From Eledone cirrhosa (taxonomy: Eukaryota), in assembly GCA_964016885.1 (NCBI GenBank), contig OZ024743.1, positions 2,604,001-2,668,000 on the forward strand: a DNA stretch of 64,000 bases, read 5' to 3'. The notes beneath the pieces were generated by a model that did not search any database, was not told the DNA's origin, and was given only the letters and a program-made list of their open reading frames with translations. Each line of letters starts with the position of its first letter. Positions within the stretch are counted from its first letter, which is position 1. Shown in pieces: positions 1 to 14,019 of the stretch. The translations under genes and the position numbers were made by a program.

Positions 1-863
1 GCCAATACTATATATCATTTCACACCTTTTATTATTAAGGTTTTTGATGTTCTATTGAGAGAATCGATTTTACTGAAAATATCGAATAATGTACACCGTT
101 TCACCAGTACCACAAAAATAATTACTGGTCCACCCACACACACACATGTATGCGCACACACGCACATATATATACACACGCGTACATTAACATTCAAAGA
201 GACACACACACACACTTCTCCGTATAAGACAAGAGCTGAAAAATATCTTTTAACATGTTAAAATATCCCCTGCACACTTACAGACACATTCCTACTGACC
301 ATCCCTCTACCACGAATTACTCTGCTACACACACACACACACACACACTTGTCTTAATAGGCATTTCAACTATCAACAGGCTGTGGTTCGCACACACATC
401 CCTGCTGACCATTATCACAACAACGAACCTCTTTACTACTACTACTACACACACACACATTTGTTCTGAAAGACTTATTTTTCAGTGACTTCTCAATCAG
501 CCGACACAAACCTACATTTGGTGCAAAATCAATTTTTAACATTCACATGATCTCTACCGACCAATCAAAATTGTTTTGACCACAAGAATTTTTGCAACAC
601 GAATTGGCGCAAAACTTATTTTAATACCGCTGGAGCCACTTTTTTAACATAAAAACAGGTAGAATTCCCAAAACTAATCAGATCAGAGCAAACATCACGG
701 ACGCTCTATCTCAAAATTATTTTTGAAAAGCATTAGAAATGCGCAACCGGTAAAACTTAAAACCAAAACTGAATACTAACCAATACTATTACTAATTCTC
801 ACTTATTCCTAATTAAACTATTTTTCACTGTGAACAATTTGTCAGCATTTTCTTTTCCGTTTA

Positions 864-865
<2 letters not shown>

Positions 866-910
<45 letters not shown>

Positions 911-963
911 GTATATATATATGTATATGTATATATATATATGTATATGTATATATATATATG

Positions 964-994
<31 letters not shown>

Positions 995-1341
995 GTATGT
1001 ATATATATATATGTATATATATATATGTATATGTATATATATATATGTATATGTATATGTATATATATATATGTATATATATATGTATATGTATATATAT
1101 ATATATGTATATGTATATATATATGTATATGTATATATATATGTATATGTATATATGTATATGTATATGTATATATATATATGTATATGTATATGTATAT
1201 ATATATGTATATGTATATATATATGTATATATGTATTTGTATATGTATATATATATATGTATGTATATATATATATATGTATATATATATATGTATGTAT
1301 ATATATATATATGTATATATATATATGTATATATATATGTA
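866..1341. repeat. Irregular (TA)n microsatellite with TATG interruptions
   Basis: Directly visible; source of the spurious I/Y-rich ORFs. Confidence 0.97.
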
Positions 1342-4300
1342 TACTCTTTTACCTGTTTCAGCCATCCGGCTGAGGCCATGCTGGGGCACTGCCCTTGTTG
1401 CTACACATTTTATCTCCAGCCTGTATAGGTTGGCCACTGGTGTAAGAGGGAGTTTGTTGCTGCTGCCCTTAGGTTTCCCTCGTGTCTTGCTGTGGGCTCA
1501 TCCGGGATCCTGGATAACAAGGTGTCGAGATGTTTCTTAAAGACATCCACCTCCACGTCATTCAAGTCTCTCAGATGCCTCGGCAGCCTGTTGAAGAGTT
1601 GAGGGCCCTTGAATCCCAGGCTATTGCAATACCTGCTCCTTATTCTAGATGTGGAAGACGGGACCTTTGGCACCACACAGTGACGTCCTGTTCGACGGTT
1701 GGTCCAGCTCCCAATGCCAATGTTTGGTGCTAGTCCCTCCAGGATTTTCCACATGTAGATCACTGCATATCTCTCCCGTCTTCGCTCCAAGGAGTAGAGG
1801 TTCAGTTCCTTTAGCCTCTCCCAGTAGCTTGTCTCCCTCATCTTGGCAATCCTCTTGGTGTAGCTTTGCTGGATTGCCTCAAGCTCCGTGGTTAGTTTGA
1901 CACTATGGGGTGACCACAACTGGGAGCAGTAGTCCAGGCGGCTTAGGATAAATGTCCTCCATAGTGTCAACATGGTGTCTCGATCTCTTGTCCAGAAAGT
2001 CCTCAAGATCCAGCCAGCGAGTCGTCTGCACATTGTCGCCACTTTCATGATGTGTGAAGAAAAAGATGCATCATCGCTCATGTCTATGCCCAGGTCTCGT
2101 ATCGATTTTGACACGGCGATATCGGTCCCTCCTGTTCCTGTGTAGTTGTGTTCCACTATATTTGTGTTAGCAGGTTTGTATTGTAGGGCTTGGAATTTGC
2201 CAGCATTAAACTGCATGTTGTTTTCTTCCGCCCATTTGTATATGGCATCCAGATCCTGCTGTAAAAGGGCAGCGTCAGCCGGGTTTTTGATTGCTTGTGC
2301 TACCTTAGTGTCATCAGCATAGCTAGTGAGGGATGTTGTTGTATGCACTACAGAGGGCATGTCTGAGAGAGCCACCAAAAACAGTAGTGGTCCCAGGACT
2401 GTCCCCTGGGGCACCCCACTTGTTATTGGTGTTTACCTCGAGAGGGCCCCATTTGCTGCGACTGCCTGGCTTCTGTCCCTTAGGAAGCCATGCAGCCACC
2501 CACCTACTTTTCCAGTTATGCCGAGTCCGTGTAGTTTGTGACATATCATTCCGTGGTCGACCTTGTCAAAGGTCTTCGCAAAGTCAAGATATATCACGTC
2601 CACATGTGAGCTGTCTAGTAGTTGTCTCAGTACCCAGTTGTAGTGATGTAGCAGCTGTGTAAGGCAGCTTCTTCCTGGGCGGAAGCCATGTTGCGTGCTA
2701 GTCAGGCGGTCATTTTCCTCGAGGAAAGTGATCAGATTCTTTCTGACGACTCGCTCCATGACCTTACTGATATGCGACGTCAGGGAGATTGGCCTATAGT
2801 TCTTGGCCTCCGCTCTGCTACCTCCTTTATGGATAGGGCATATTGTGCTTTCTTTCAGCTCCCTGGGTAGTACACTGCTAGCCAAGGAGCTTCTGAAGAG
2901 CATTTTCAGTGGAGTTGCTAAGGCCTGCTTACATATTTTTAAGAGAACTGCTGGGAATCCATCAGGTCCAGCAGCCGAGTCTGTTCTAATTTCATCAATG
3001 GCGTACACCACATCCTCCTCCGTTATGTCTATGTGGTTGATGGTTGCCATTTCTTGATGTAGTGTTGTGGCATCAAAGAACTCCTCTGGTTTCGTTATTT
3101 GCATGTGCTTCAGTGGACATGTGAACACACTTTTGTACTGTTCGTTCAGTATTTCACATATCTCTTGGGCGTTTTCGGTTAATGAACCGTCCGTGTGGAA
3201 GAGCGGTCCAATCTTGCAGTGTACTGAGGCAGTTTCTTTTGCAAATTTAAAGAAGGCCTTAGGGTTTGTTTTAATGTTTTCTATGGCCCTGTTCTCTTTC
3301 TTTGCCCTCTCATTCTCATGGGAAAGTTTGAGTGCAATCTCGGTGTCAAGTAGTGCACGTTTCAAATAGGATTCCTTCTTGTTTTTGTTTTGTTGACTAT
3401 TCAACTGGTTTGAGAGTTTAGTTCTACGTCTCATAAGGATTTTCCTATCTCTGGGAATAAGATTTTTGTGCCTGTTTGTCTTTTTCTCCGGGACAAACTT
3501 TTTGCATATAGTGTGTATCGTTGTCATGAAGTGTTGAAATTGTGTGTTAGTGTCTTGTGTGACGGTGTTTTCACTCCATGTTTGCTTCCGGATTTCTCTC
3601 TTAATATTTTTCCAGTTGGCCTTGTAGAAGTTAAGGCTGGATAGCGTCCTGGAGCTTCTTGGTGGTTTCGTCTCTGTTGGTTCTCTTGGACCACATATCA
3701 TTAGCTCTACTAAGTTATGATCTGAGAGAATTGTTGGTGTCACCTTTACATTGTGGATGAGCACTTCGTTGTTTGTAAAACAAAGGTCCAGGACATTTTC
3801 GCCTCTTGTTGGGAGGAGTATTGCTTGCTCCATGAACAGCCTGTGTGTGAGGGCCAGCAGGGATTCCGTCTGTCTCTGTTCTATTGACGTCATTCCAGGG
3901 AGGAGGTGGCCCTCAGGCCATTTGACCTTTGGTAGGTTGAAGTCTCCCAGCAGTAGGATGTTGAGACCCTGGTCCAGTTTGTCAAGGACCTCTTCTATCC
4001 TACTTAGGCTATCCTCAAATTTACCCTCATGACTGGGGGCATCGGGCGGCCGAGATGTGACACATATTACTGTCTGTAGTTGCTTCATATGTATTATCAG
4101 TGTGTCACAGACTGAGTTTGAATGTGTCAACAGTACAATTGGTGTGACATCTTCACGGATATACAGAGCAACCCCACCATGAGTTCTCTCCTTCCTGTCC
4201 GAACGAAATACAGTATATTTCGGTATATGTATTTCTGCATCTGCTATACTGCTTGTCAGGTGCGTTTCGGTTAGTGCCATGCATAGTGCTTGATTGCTTA

Positions 4301-5049
4301 TGGCTAAGTCTCCCAGGTAGGAAATTTTACTCATGTTACTGAGTTTCACCAGGCCTCTGACATTCAGCAGCAGCACTGGTGTGACTTTTGGGGTGCCAGT
4401 AATGGTTGTCGGTATGACACCTGGTCTAGTGTCAGCGGCGGCCACTCTGGGTCCCTTAACTGTGGTGGTCTCGAGTGTTGGTGTGGATGACCCTGGCTCT
4501 GGAGACGATGCAGCCAGGTCAGCTGTCCCACAATCTTCTCTGCCATCACTAAAAAATTTTTCTGCTCTGCTGCTGCCATCTGTATCTCGTCGGCATGTGC
4601 GTGCCTTCTCCTTGTTGCTACGGCACGCGCGACATCGGCATACTTCTGGAGCGGCTTATTTTTGGCTTTGGCTGGGGTATGTTGTGCGAGTAGGATGGGC
4701 ATAGTTCGTTTGAGACCTAGGGTGGGCGAATCTGCATCCCATCCCTGTCTCTCCATGCCAGCATGTCCCGTTCTTGAAAAACTTGCACATTACTTGGGTT
4801 TTTTTGCTCCCAGTGTCTCGGTGCTTTCTGTTCTTCCTTTGAACAGTTGTCCACTGGTCCCTCTGCACTTGGTTCTCCTTCAGAAGATGATTTCGCTTTT
4901 CACCTTTGCCTTTTGCTTGTTGGTTGCCTGGCCTGCCCTCCCTGTCTGTGGCGGAGGGTATATAATTTTCTTTTAGGTCCGTGCTTGTGCTCTCCTCCTT
5001 TTTCTTTTTCCTTTTCTTTCTCTTTCTCCTCATCCCTCTCTTCGGTTTT
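1342..5049 (-). mobile_element. CR1-group non-LTR retrotransposon, family 1, 5'-truncated and frameshifted copy
   Basis: ORFs 2433-4445 and 1410-2414 encode APE (LLNVRGL, ETHL, GDFNLP, SDHN) and RT ([15 protein letters not shown]); ORF1 remnant with CCCH finger at 4364-5049; 3' tail GAAACAGGTAAAAGAG; highly similar to the copy at 49.1-53.1 kb. Confidence 0.93.
1410..4445 (-). pseudogene. ORF2 (APE endonuclease + reverse transcriptase) split by a frameshift near 2415-2435
   Basis: 670-aa and 334-aa ORFs are colinear with the 993-aa ORF at 49943. Confidence 0.9.
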
Positions 5050-7066
<2,017 letters not shown>

Positions 7067-7448
7067 CGTTTCTGAATTTGTTTAGCAAGATTCTTTCTCT
7101 GAAAACGTGTGTTGAAACCGATATTGTTATGCTTTGGTAGGGTCATGTTGCCAATAAGAAACACACACACCAGTTGCTTTCACTCAAATTTTTTATAAAT
7201 TTAAGAATTTATAAATTTCCCGTTGGTTGGTTCCAAAACCGGACGGTTGTTCATATATTGTCAAAGTTCTTTCGTCACACATTCTGTGACCTCTTCAGAA
7301 TGTGTGACAATATATGAAAAACCCTGCGGTTGTGGAACCAACCAGCCAACCGGAAATTTATAAATTTAATTTATAATAAATTGGATTGAAAGCAACTGGT
7401 GCGTGTGTTTCTTATTGGCAACATGACCCTCCCAAAGCATAAAAATAT
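7067..7448 (-). mobile_element. Penelope-like terminal-repeat remnant forming an imperfect palindrome (7121-7448) centred on a hammerhead-like motif
   Basis: Arms ATATTGTTATGCTTTGGTAGGGTCATGTTGCC / GGCAACATGACCCTCCCAAAGCATAAAAATAT; minus strand at the centre reads CTGAAGAG-GTCAC-AGAATGT-GTGAC-GAAA. Confidence 0.65.
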
Positions 7449-7458
7449 ATATATATAT

Positions 7459-8574
7459 CATCATCATTATCATCACCGTTTTACGTCCGTTCTTCCACGC
7501 TAGCATGGGTTAGACGGGTTGTCCTGTTGTGGGCAGTGTCTGGTCGGCTGACCATGCCTTGCTCATACAGGAACTGATCTGGCTTGATTTCTACAGCTGG
7601 ATGCCCTTCCTAACACCAACCTCATTTACAGTGAGTGCTGGGTGCTTTTTCGTGGCGCCTACACGTCCACTTTACAGTGTTGGCTGGGTGCTTTTTTGCC
7701 GTGGCACCTCCACGACCACCTTGCGGTGGGGGGTGTGGGGGCATATTGTTTATATGCTTCAGCATGTACCCATGGTAGGTCGGGTACTCTGTATTACTGC
7801 GTGACGCCAGAAGTCACGGTCGTGTGTCATTGTCTTTGAGAGGTGTAATTGGGTAAGGTCGGCTTTTATCACCTCATCCCAGGTCATCTTGGGTCTCCCC
7901 ACACCGCGGTTTCCATCAACTTCTAGTGCTCTGCACCTTTTTATGCAGCTGTCATCCTTCATACGCATCACATGTCCATACCAGCGCAACCGCCTTTCCT
8001 GCACACAGCATTTGATTCCTCTTATGCTCAGTCTCTCTCTCAATTCATTTATGCTTTGTCGTTCACGTATATTACTGTTACACATCCATCGGAGCATGCA
8101 GGCTTCGTTTCTCTCTAATCTACATAAGTCTTCCACCTTCAGCGCCCAGGTCTCACTACCATGCAACATCGCCGTTCGGATACACGCATCATACAGTCTG
8201 CCTTTCATTCTGACGGAGAATCCTTTTGTAGCTAGCAGTGGTAGTAGATCCCTAAACTTCTTCCATCCCTTTCTTACCCTAGTTATTGTACTTTCTGAGC
8301 ACCCACCTCCGTTGCAAATTCGGTCACCTAGGTAGCAGAAGCTGTCTACTGTTTCTACAGGGCCCTCCCAGAGATTGGTGGTACTTGTTTCCTGTGGCTG
8401 TTTGCTGCTTGCTGTTTCAGTACAGCTGCTGCATGTGAATCCTACATTCTTAATTAAGCTTCCTGAGATCCCGCTACATCTCTTGTGTACCCATTGTTTG
8501 CATTTGGGGCAGAGAATGGAGTTCCTACCTACACCTTTCCTACATACTGAGCAAGGCCATTTCCCTGAGGGGAT
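7459..8574 (-). mobile_element. RTE-clade LINE family A, 5'-truncated
   Basis: ORF 7759-8574: PHD-like finger, [33 protein letters not shown]; 3' UTR and (GAT)n tail. Confidence 0.92.
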
Positions 8575-8694
8575 ATATAAATGTATATATGTATATATAA
8601 ATGTATATATATATATGTATATATATATGTATATATGTATATGTATATATATATATATGTATATGTATGTATATGTATATATATATATATATGT

Positions 8695-8728
<34 letters not shown>

Positions 8729-8782
8729 GTATATATATGTATATGTATAGATATATATGTATGTATATATATGTATATATAT

Positions 8783-8837
<55 letters not shown>

Positions 8838-8858
8838 TATATATATGTATGTATATAC

Positions 8859-8914
<56 letters not shown>

Positions 8915-8937
8915 GTATATATATATATGTATGTATA

Positions 8938-8976
<39 letters not shown>

Positions 8977-8990
8977 ATGTATATATATAT
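8575..8990. repeat. (TA)n/TATG array
   Basis: Directly visible. Confidence 0.95.
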
Positions 8991-9321
8991 CATCATCATT
9001 TCATTTTATGTCCGCTTTTTCTCTGCTTGCAAGGGTGGGACAGGAACTGATTCTGGCTTGATTTCTACAGCTGGATGCCCTTCCTAACACCAACCTCATT
9101 TACAGCGGGTGCTTTTTTGCCGTGGCACCTCCACGACCACTTTGCAGTGGAATGATATGGACCCCAGTCCCTATCATCTCATTGCTACAGCTGAGTAAAC
9201 TGGAGCAATGTGAAATAAAGTGTCTTGCTCAAGGAAACAACACATCACCCGGTCTGAGAATTGAACTCACAACCTTTCGATTGCAAGGCCAATGCTCTAA
9301 CCACTAAGCCATGTGCCTTCA
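8991..9321 (-). mobile_element. tRNA-derived SINE with RTE-type 3' end
   Basis: Minus strand: A box TGGCTTAGTGG (9301-9311), B box GAGTTCAATTC (9258-9268), CORE-like TCCTTGAGCAAGACACTT, 3' end matching RTE-C, (GAT)n tail; four copies in the window. Confidence 0.9.
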
Positions 9322-9347
9322 TATGTATGTATATATATATGTATATG

Positions 9348-9404
<57 letters not shown>

Positions 9405-9405
9405 G

Positions 9406-9436
<31 letters not shown>

Positions 9437-9627
9437 GTATATATATATATGTATATGTATATATATGTATATGTATATATATATATATGTATATGTATAT
9501 ATGTATATGTATATATATATATATGTATATGTATATATGTATATGTATATATATATGTGTATATATGTATATGTATGTATATATGTATATGTATATATAT
9601 ATGTATATATATATATGTATATATATA

Positions 9628-9658
<31 letters not shown>

Positions 9659-10004
9659 GTATATACATATATATGTATATATATATATGTATGTATATAT
9701 ATGTATATATATATATGTATATATATGTATATATATATATATATGTATATATATATGTATATATATGTATATATATATATATATGTATATATATATGTAT
9801 ATATATATGTATATATATATATGTATATATATATATGTATATATATATATGTATATATATATATGTATATATATATATGTATATATATATATGTATATAT
9901 ATATATGTATATATGTATATATATGTATATATGTATATATATTTCTGTATATATGTACATGTATATATATATATATGTATGTATATATATATATATGTAT
10001 ATAT
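9322..10004. repeat. (TA)n/TATG array
   Basis: Directly visible. Confidence 0.95.
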
Positions 10005-11358
10005 CATCATCATCATCATCATCATCATCACCGTTTTACGTCCGTTCTTCCACGCTAGCATGGGTTAGACGGGTTGTCCTGTTGTGGGCAGTGTCTGGTC
10101 GGCTGACCATGCCTTGCTCATACAGGAACTGATCTGGCTTGATTTCTACAGCTGGATGCCCTTCCTAACACCAACCTCATTTACAGTGAGTGCTGGGTGC
10201 TTTTTCGTGGCGCCTACACGTCCACTTTACAGTGTGGGCTGGGTGCTTTTTTGCCGTGGCACCTCCACGACCACCTTGCGGTGGGGGGGGGGGGGGCATA
10301 TTGTTTATATGCTTCAGCATGTACCCATGGGAGGTCGGGTACCCTGTATTACTGCGTGACGCCAGAAGTCACGGTCGTGTGTCATTGACTTTGAGAGGTG
10401 TAGTTGGGTAAGGTCGGCTTTTATCACCTCATCCCAAGTCATCTTGGGTCTCCCCACTCCGCGGTTTCCATCAACTTCTAGTGCTCTGCACCTTTTTATG
10501 CAGCTGTCATCCTTCATACGCATCACATGTCCATACCAGCGTAACCGCCTCTCCTGCACGCAGCATTTGATTCCTCTTATGCTCAGTCTCTCTCTCAATT
10601 CCTTTATGCTTTGTCGTTCACGTATATTACTGTTACACATCCATCGGAGCATGCAGGCTTCGTTTCTCTCTAATCTACGTAAGTCTTCCACCTTCAGCGC
10701 CCAGGTCTCACTACCATGCAACATCGCTGTTCGGATACACGCATCATACAGTCTGCCTTTCATTCTGAGGGAGAAGCCTTTTGCAGCTAGCAGTGGTAGT
10801 AGTTCCCTAAACTTCTTCCATCCCGTTCTTACCCTAGTTATTGTACTTTCTGAGCACCCACCTCCGTTGCTAATTCGGTCACCTAGGTAGCAGAAGCTGT
10901 CTACTGTTTCTACAGGGCCCTCCCAGAGATTGGTGGTACTTGTTTCCTGTGGCTGTTTGCTTGCTGTTTCAGCACAGCTGCTGCATGTGAATCCTACATT
11001 CTTAATTAAGCTTCCTGAGATCCCGCTACATCTCTTGTGTACCCATTGTTTGCATTTGGGGCAGAGAATGGAGTTTCTACCTACACCTTTCCTACATACT
11101 GAGCAAGGCCATTTCCCTGAGGGGATCTGGGTTCTGTTTTCTCGTCTACTTACAAGGACCTTAGTCTTTGTCATGTTGACTTTGAGGCCCTTTCTCTCTA
11201 GTCCCTGCTTCCAGGTTTGGAATTTATTCTCTAGTTCTACCATAGATTCAGCTATGAGTGCGAGGTCATCAGCATACAGGAGTTCCCATGGGCATCCGGT
11301 CTTAAACTCCTCCGTTATTGCCTGCAGGACTATGATGAACAGGAGAGGGCTAAGAACA
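10005..11358 (-). mobile_element. RTE family A, 5'-truncated, open frame from LSPLLF to the stop codon
   Basis: [20 protein letters not shown]-like finger, RTE C-terminal motifs; near-identical to 39082-40213. Confidence 0.93.
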
Positions 11359-11749
<391 letters not shown>

Positions 11750-13550
11750 GACATCCAGACAAAAGATTTACAACAGCTCTGGCTAGCAGAATATGGGATT
11801 TGAAAGATCAAGGTATCCAATATAAATTGGATTGGTCCATTTTGAACCAATCTAAAGAATATGCAAGAGGAACAAGAAAATGCACGCTCTGCATAAACAA
11901 AAAATATTGGATTTTGCAAAACCTTAAATCACAAAAGACCTGCCTAAACACAAAGACAGAAATTTTCACCAGTTGCCCACACATGAAATCACACCTGCTT
12001 TCCAGCTCATATAAACTTAACACACTTTCAGATACTTATCCTCGATAAGCTCTTATTATTCTCTTTAAGACTACCTATTCTGATTTACTTTCATTTTTAA
12101 CCTTATTATTAATTTCATTTTTTTTTAATTTTATTTTATTTATTTTTTTTTTATTTTTATTTTTATTTTTTTTTTATTTTTATTTTTATTTTTATTTTTA
12201 TTTTTATTTTTTTTTTTACTTTACATCCACCACTAAACTCCCCTCCTCCTTTAATCTCCGATTCACTTACCTAATATCTTCACTTTCCACTTTTTACTTC
12301 CCTATTTTCTTCACTTGCGTTTTCCACTCCAGATATTTTCTGTTATTTCACAGCCAATTTTATATTTTTATATTAGTACTCACTTATTCACAAGGCTGTT
12401 TTTACACCCTGTATCTATGTGTCTGAGCGTCTTTATGTGTGTATACTTTCTGTATATGTACACGAACGCCTCCGTATTGGCGCGCGTGTGCGTGTATATA
12501 TATATGTGTATGTATGTGTGTTTTTATATGTGTTTTTACATCTAAGTTTTTTTACATTCTTATTTTTATGTGTGTGCATGTAAGCGGGTCAACGTGCGTG
12601 AGTATGTATGTGTGTGTGTGTATACAGTATGGGGCAAGGTGTATGTATATATATATGTGCATCCTGTGTGTGTATGTATACTTGCATACGCTTTTGTCTG
12701 CACGTTTTGCGTGTATATATATTTTTTTATAAATATATGTGTGTATGTACACGTGTGCCTTGTTTTCTTTTCTTTGAAATTTTTTCTTTCTAAATTATTG
12801 TTCCATTTTTATAAATATATCGAGAATGATACTTTCTTTTTACTATTACACTCCCTTACCTCTTTTTCTTCCGCATATCAGTGTACGCGCGTGTTTATAC
12901 GCGTGCCTTCATATTCTTATAATGTATCTAATACCCTGTTTTTCTGTATACCTGTCAACCGGACACTCATATCATGTCTGTGTCTGTAGTTACATATACA
13001 CAGATATACTTCCCCTCACACATATATTTACGCACGCATTTTCACTATACACACACATTTGTACATACATACATATGTACATCTGTGAGTGTATATACAT
13101 ACATATACACACACCTAACTATATTTCTTAAAAATTTTTTTTATATATTTTACATGTCTATTGTATTACCTTTATCTATATTTATGTAATTTTTTTTGCA
13201 TTTCTTGAGGAGACTTTCCAAATATTTAGCTATGTTTTATATTGCCTCGTCCGACGAACGAATGAAGACGTTTCTTTCGTATTCGCCTTATTCGGGAAAC
13301 CTCTGGTAATGAGGTAATTATATTGTATTGTTTTTTATACATTAAATTTTGCTCTGGTACTTACATAGAGCACTCTTCACTCCTATGACTTTTTCTGTTT
13401 TCAACGGAAACTTCAATACTTATACAACTCCCAAGGAAATGATCGCAGCATATTCTACATCTTTATGAGATTGGCACCTTCCAGCCCTTTTAAAGTCGAG
13501 CACTCTTCAGTCAATAGGATTTTAAACCAATACTGAACATGGATAAATAC
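11750..13550 (+). mobile_element. Penelope-like element 3' remnant (end of GIY-YIG domain, low-complexity 3' region, terminal repeat with hammerhead)
   Basis: Frame ending 12048 reads [12 protein letters not shown]...WSIL...KCTLC...LNTKTEIFTSCPH, typical of PLE endonuclease C-termini; hammerhead at 13241-13318. Confidence 0.75.
13241..13318 (+). ncRNA. Type I hammerhead ribozyme motif (CCGACGA core variant)
   Basis: Stem I ATTGCCTCGT/ATGAGGTAAT; core CCGACGA; stem II CGAATGA/TTATTCG; GAAA; stem III CC-TCT-GG; predicted cleavage after GUA at 13308. Confidence 0.7.
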
Positions 13551-13553
13551 ACT

Positions 13554-13669
13554 AGAGTTTTCAAGTCGCTGGCTGGACTAAAAAGTCACACACGTTCAAC
13601 ACATCGGTAGGGGTTCTCCTACATGGATATAAAGTAGTGGCCGTACTCGAAAACGAGTTGGCAGCCACC
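13554..13669 (+). mobile_element. 3' fragment of non-autonomous RTE-derived family D
   Basis: Matches the 3' end of 41007-41614 (GTACTCGAAAACGAGTTGGCAGCCACC). Confidence 0.88.
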
Positions 13670-13763
13670 ATGTATATATATATGTATATGTATATGTGTA
13701 TATATATATATGTGTATATATATATGTGTATATATATATGTATATATATATATACACATATAT

Positions 13764-14009
13764 ATCGTGTAGGTGTCACGACAAAAAAACATACAGTCCA
13801 CGCTGTAATGTGGCCATGTAGGCAACACGGTAAAAACCTCCCAGACCCACACTGTAAATGTGGTTGGTGTTAGGAAGGGCATCCAACTGTAGAAAACCTG
13901 CCAGACAGTCCTATGCGAGCAAGACAATCACTCTTGCCTCAAGTGGGACTACCCCCGTCCAAACCCATGAAAGCGTGGAACACGGACGTTAAACGTTGAT
14001 GATGATGAT
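13764..14009 (+). mobile_element. RTE family B, 3' UTR-only insertion
   Basis: Reverse complement of about 14020-14272; ends GGACGTTAAACGTT(GAT)n. Confidence 0.9.
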
Positions 14010-14019
14010 ATATGTATAT

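Noticed and set aside
1-865. CA-rich segment resembling PLE 3' regions or a host exon
   Set aside because: No ORF, ribozyme core or second copy to support a call
7529-7839. Recurrent short plus-strand ORFs ([23 protein letters not shown], etc.)
   Set aside because: Antisense frames of repeated RTE copies; recurrence reflects copy number
9240-9321. Possible tRNA gene
   Set aside because: A/B boxes present but no acceptor stem; fused to a SINE body in four copies
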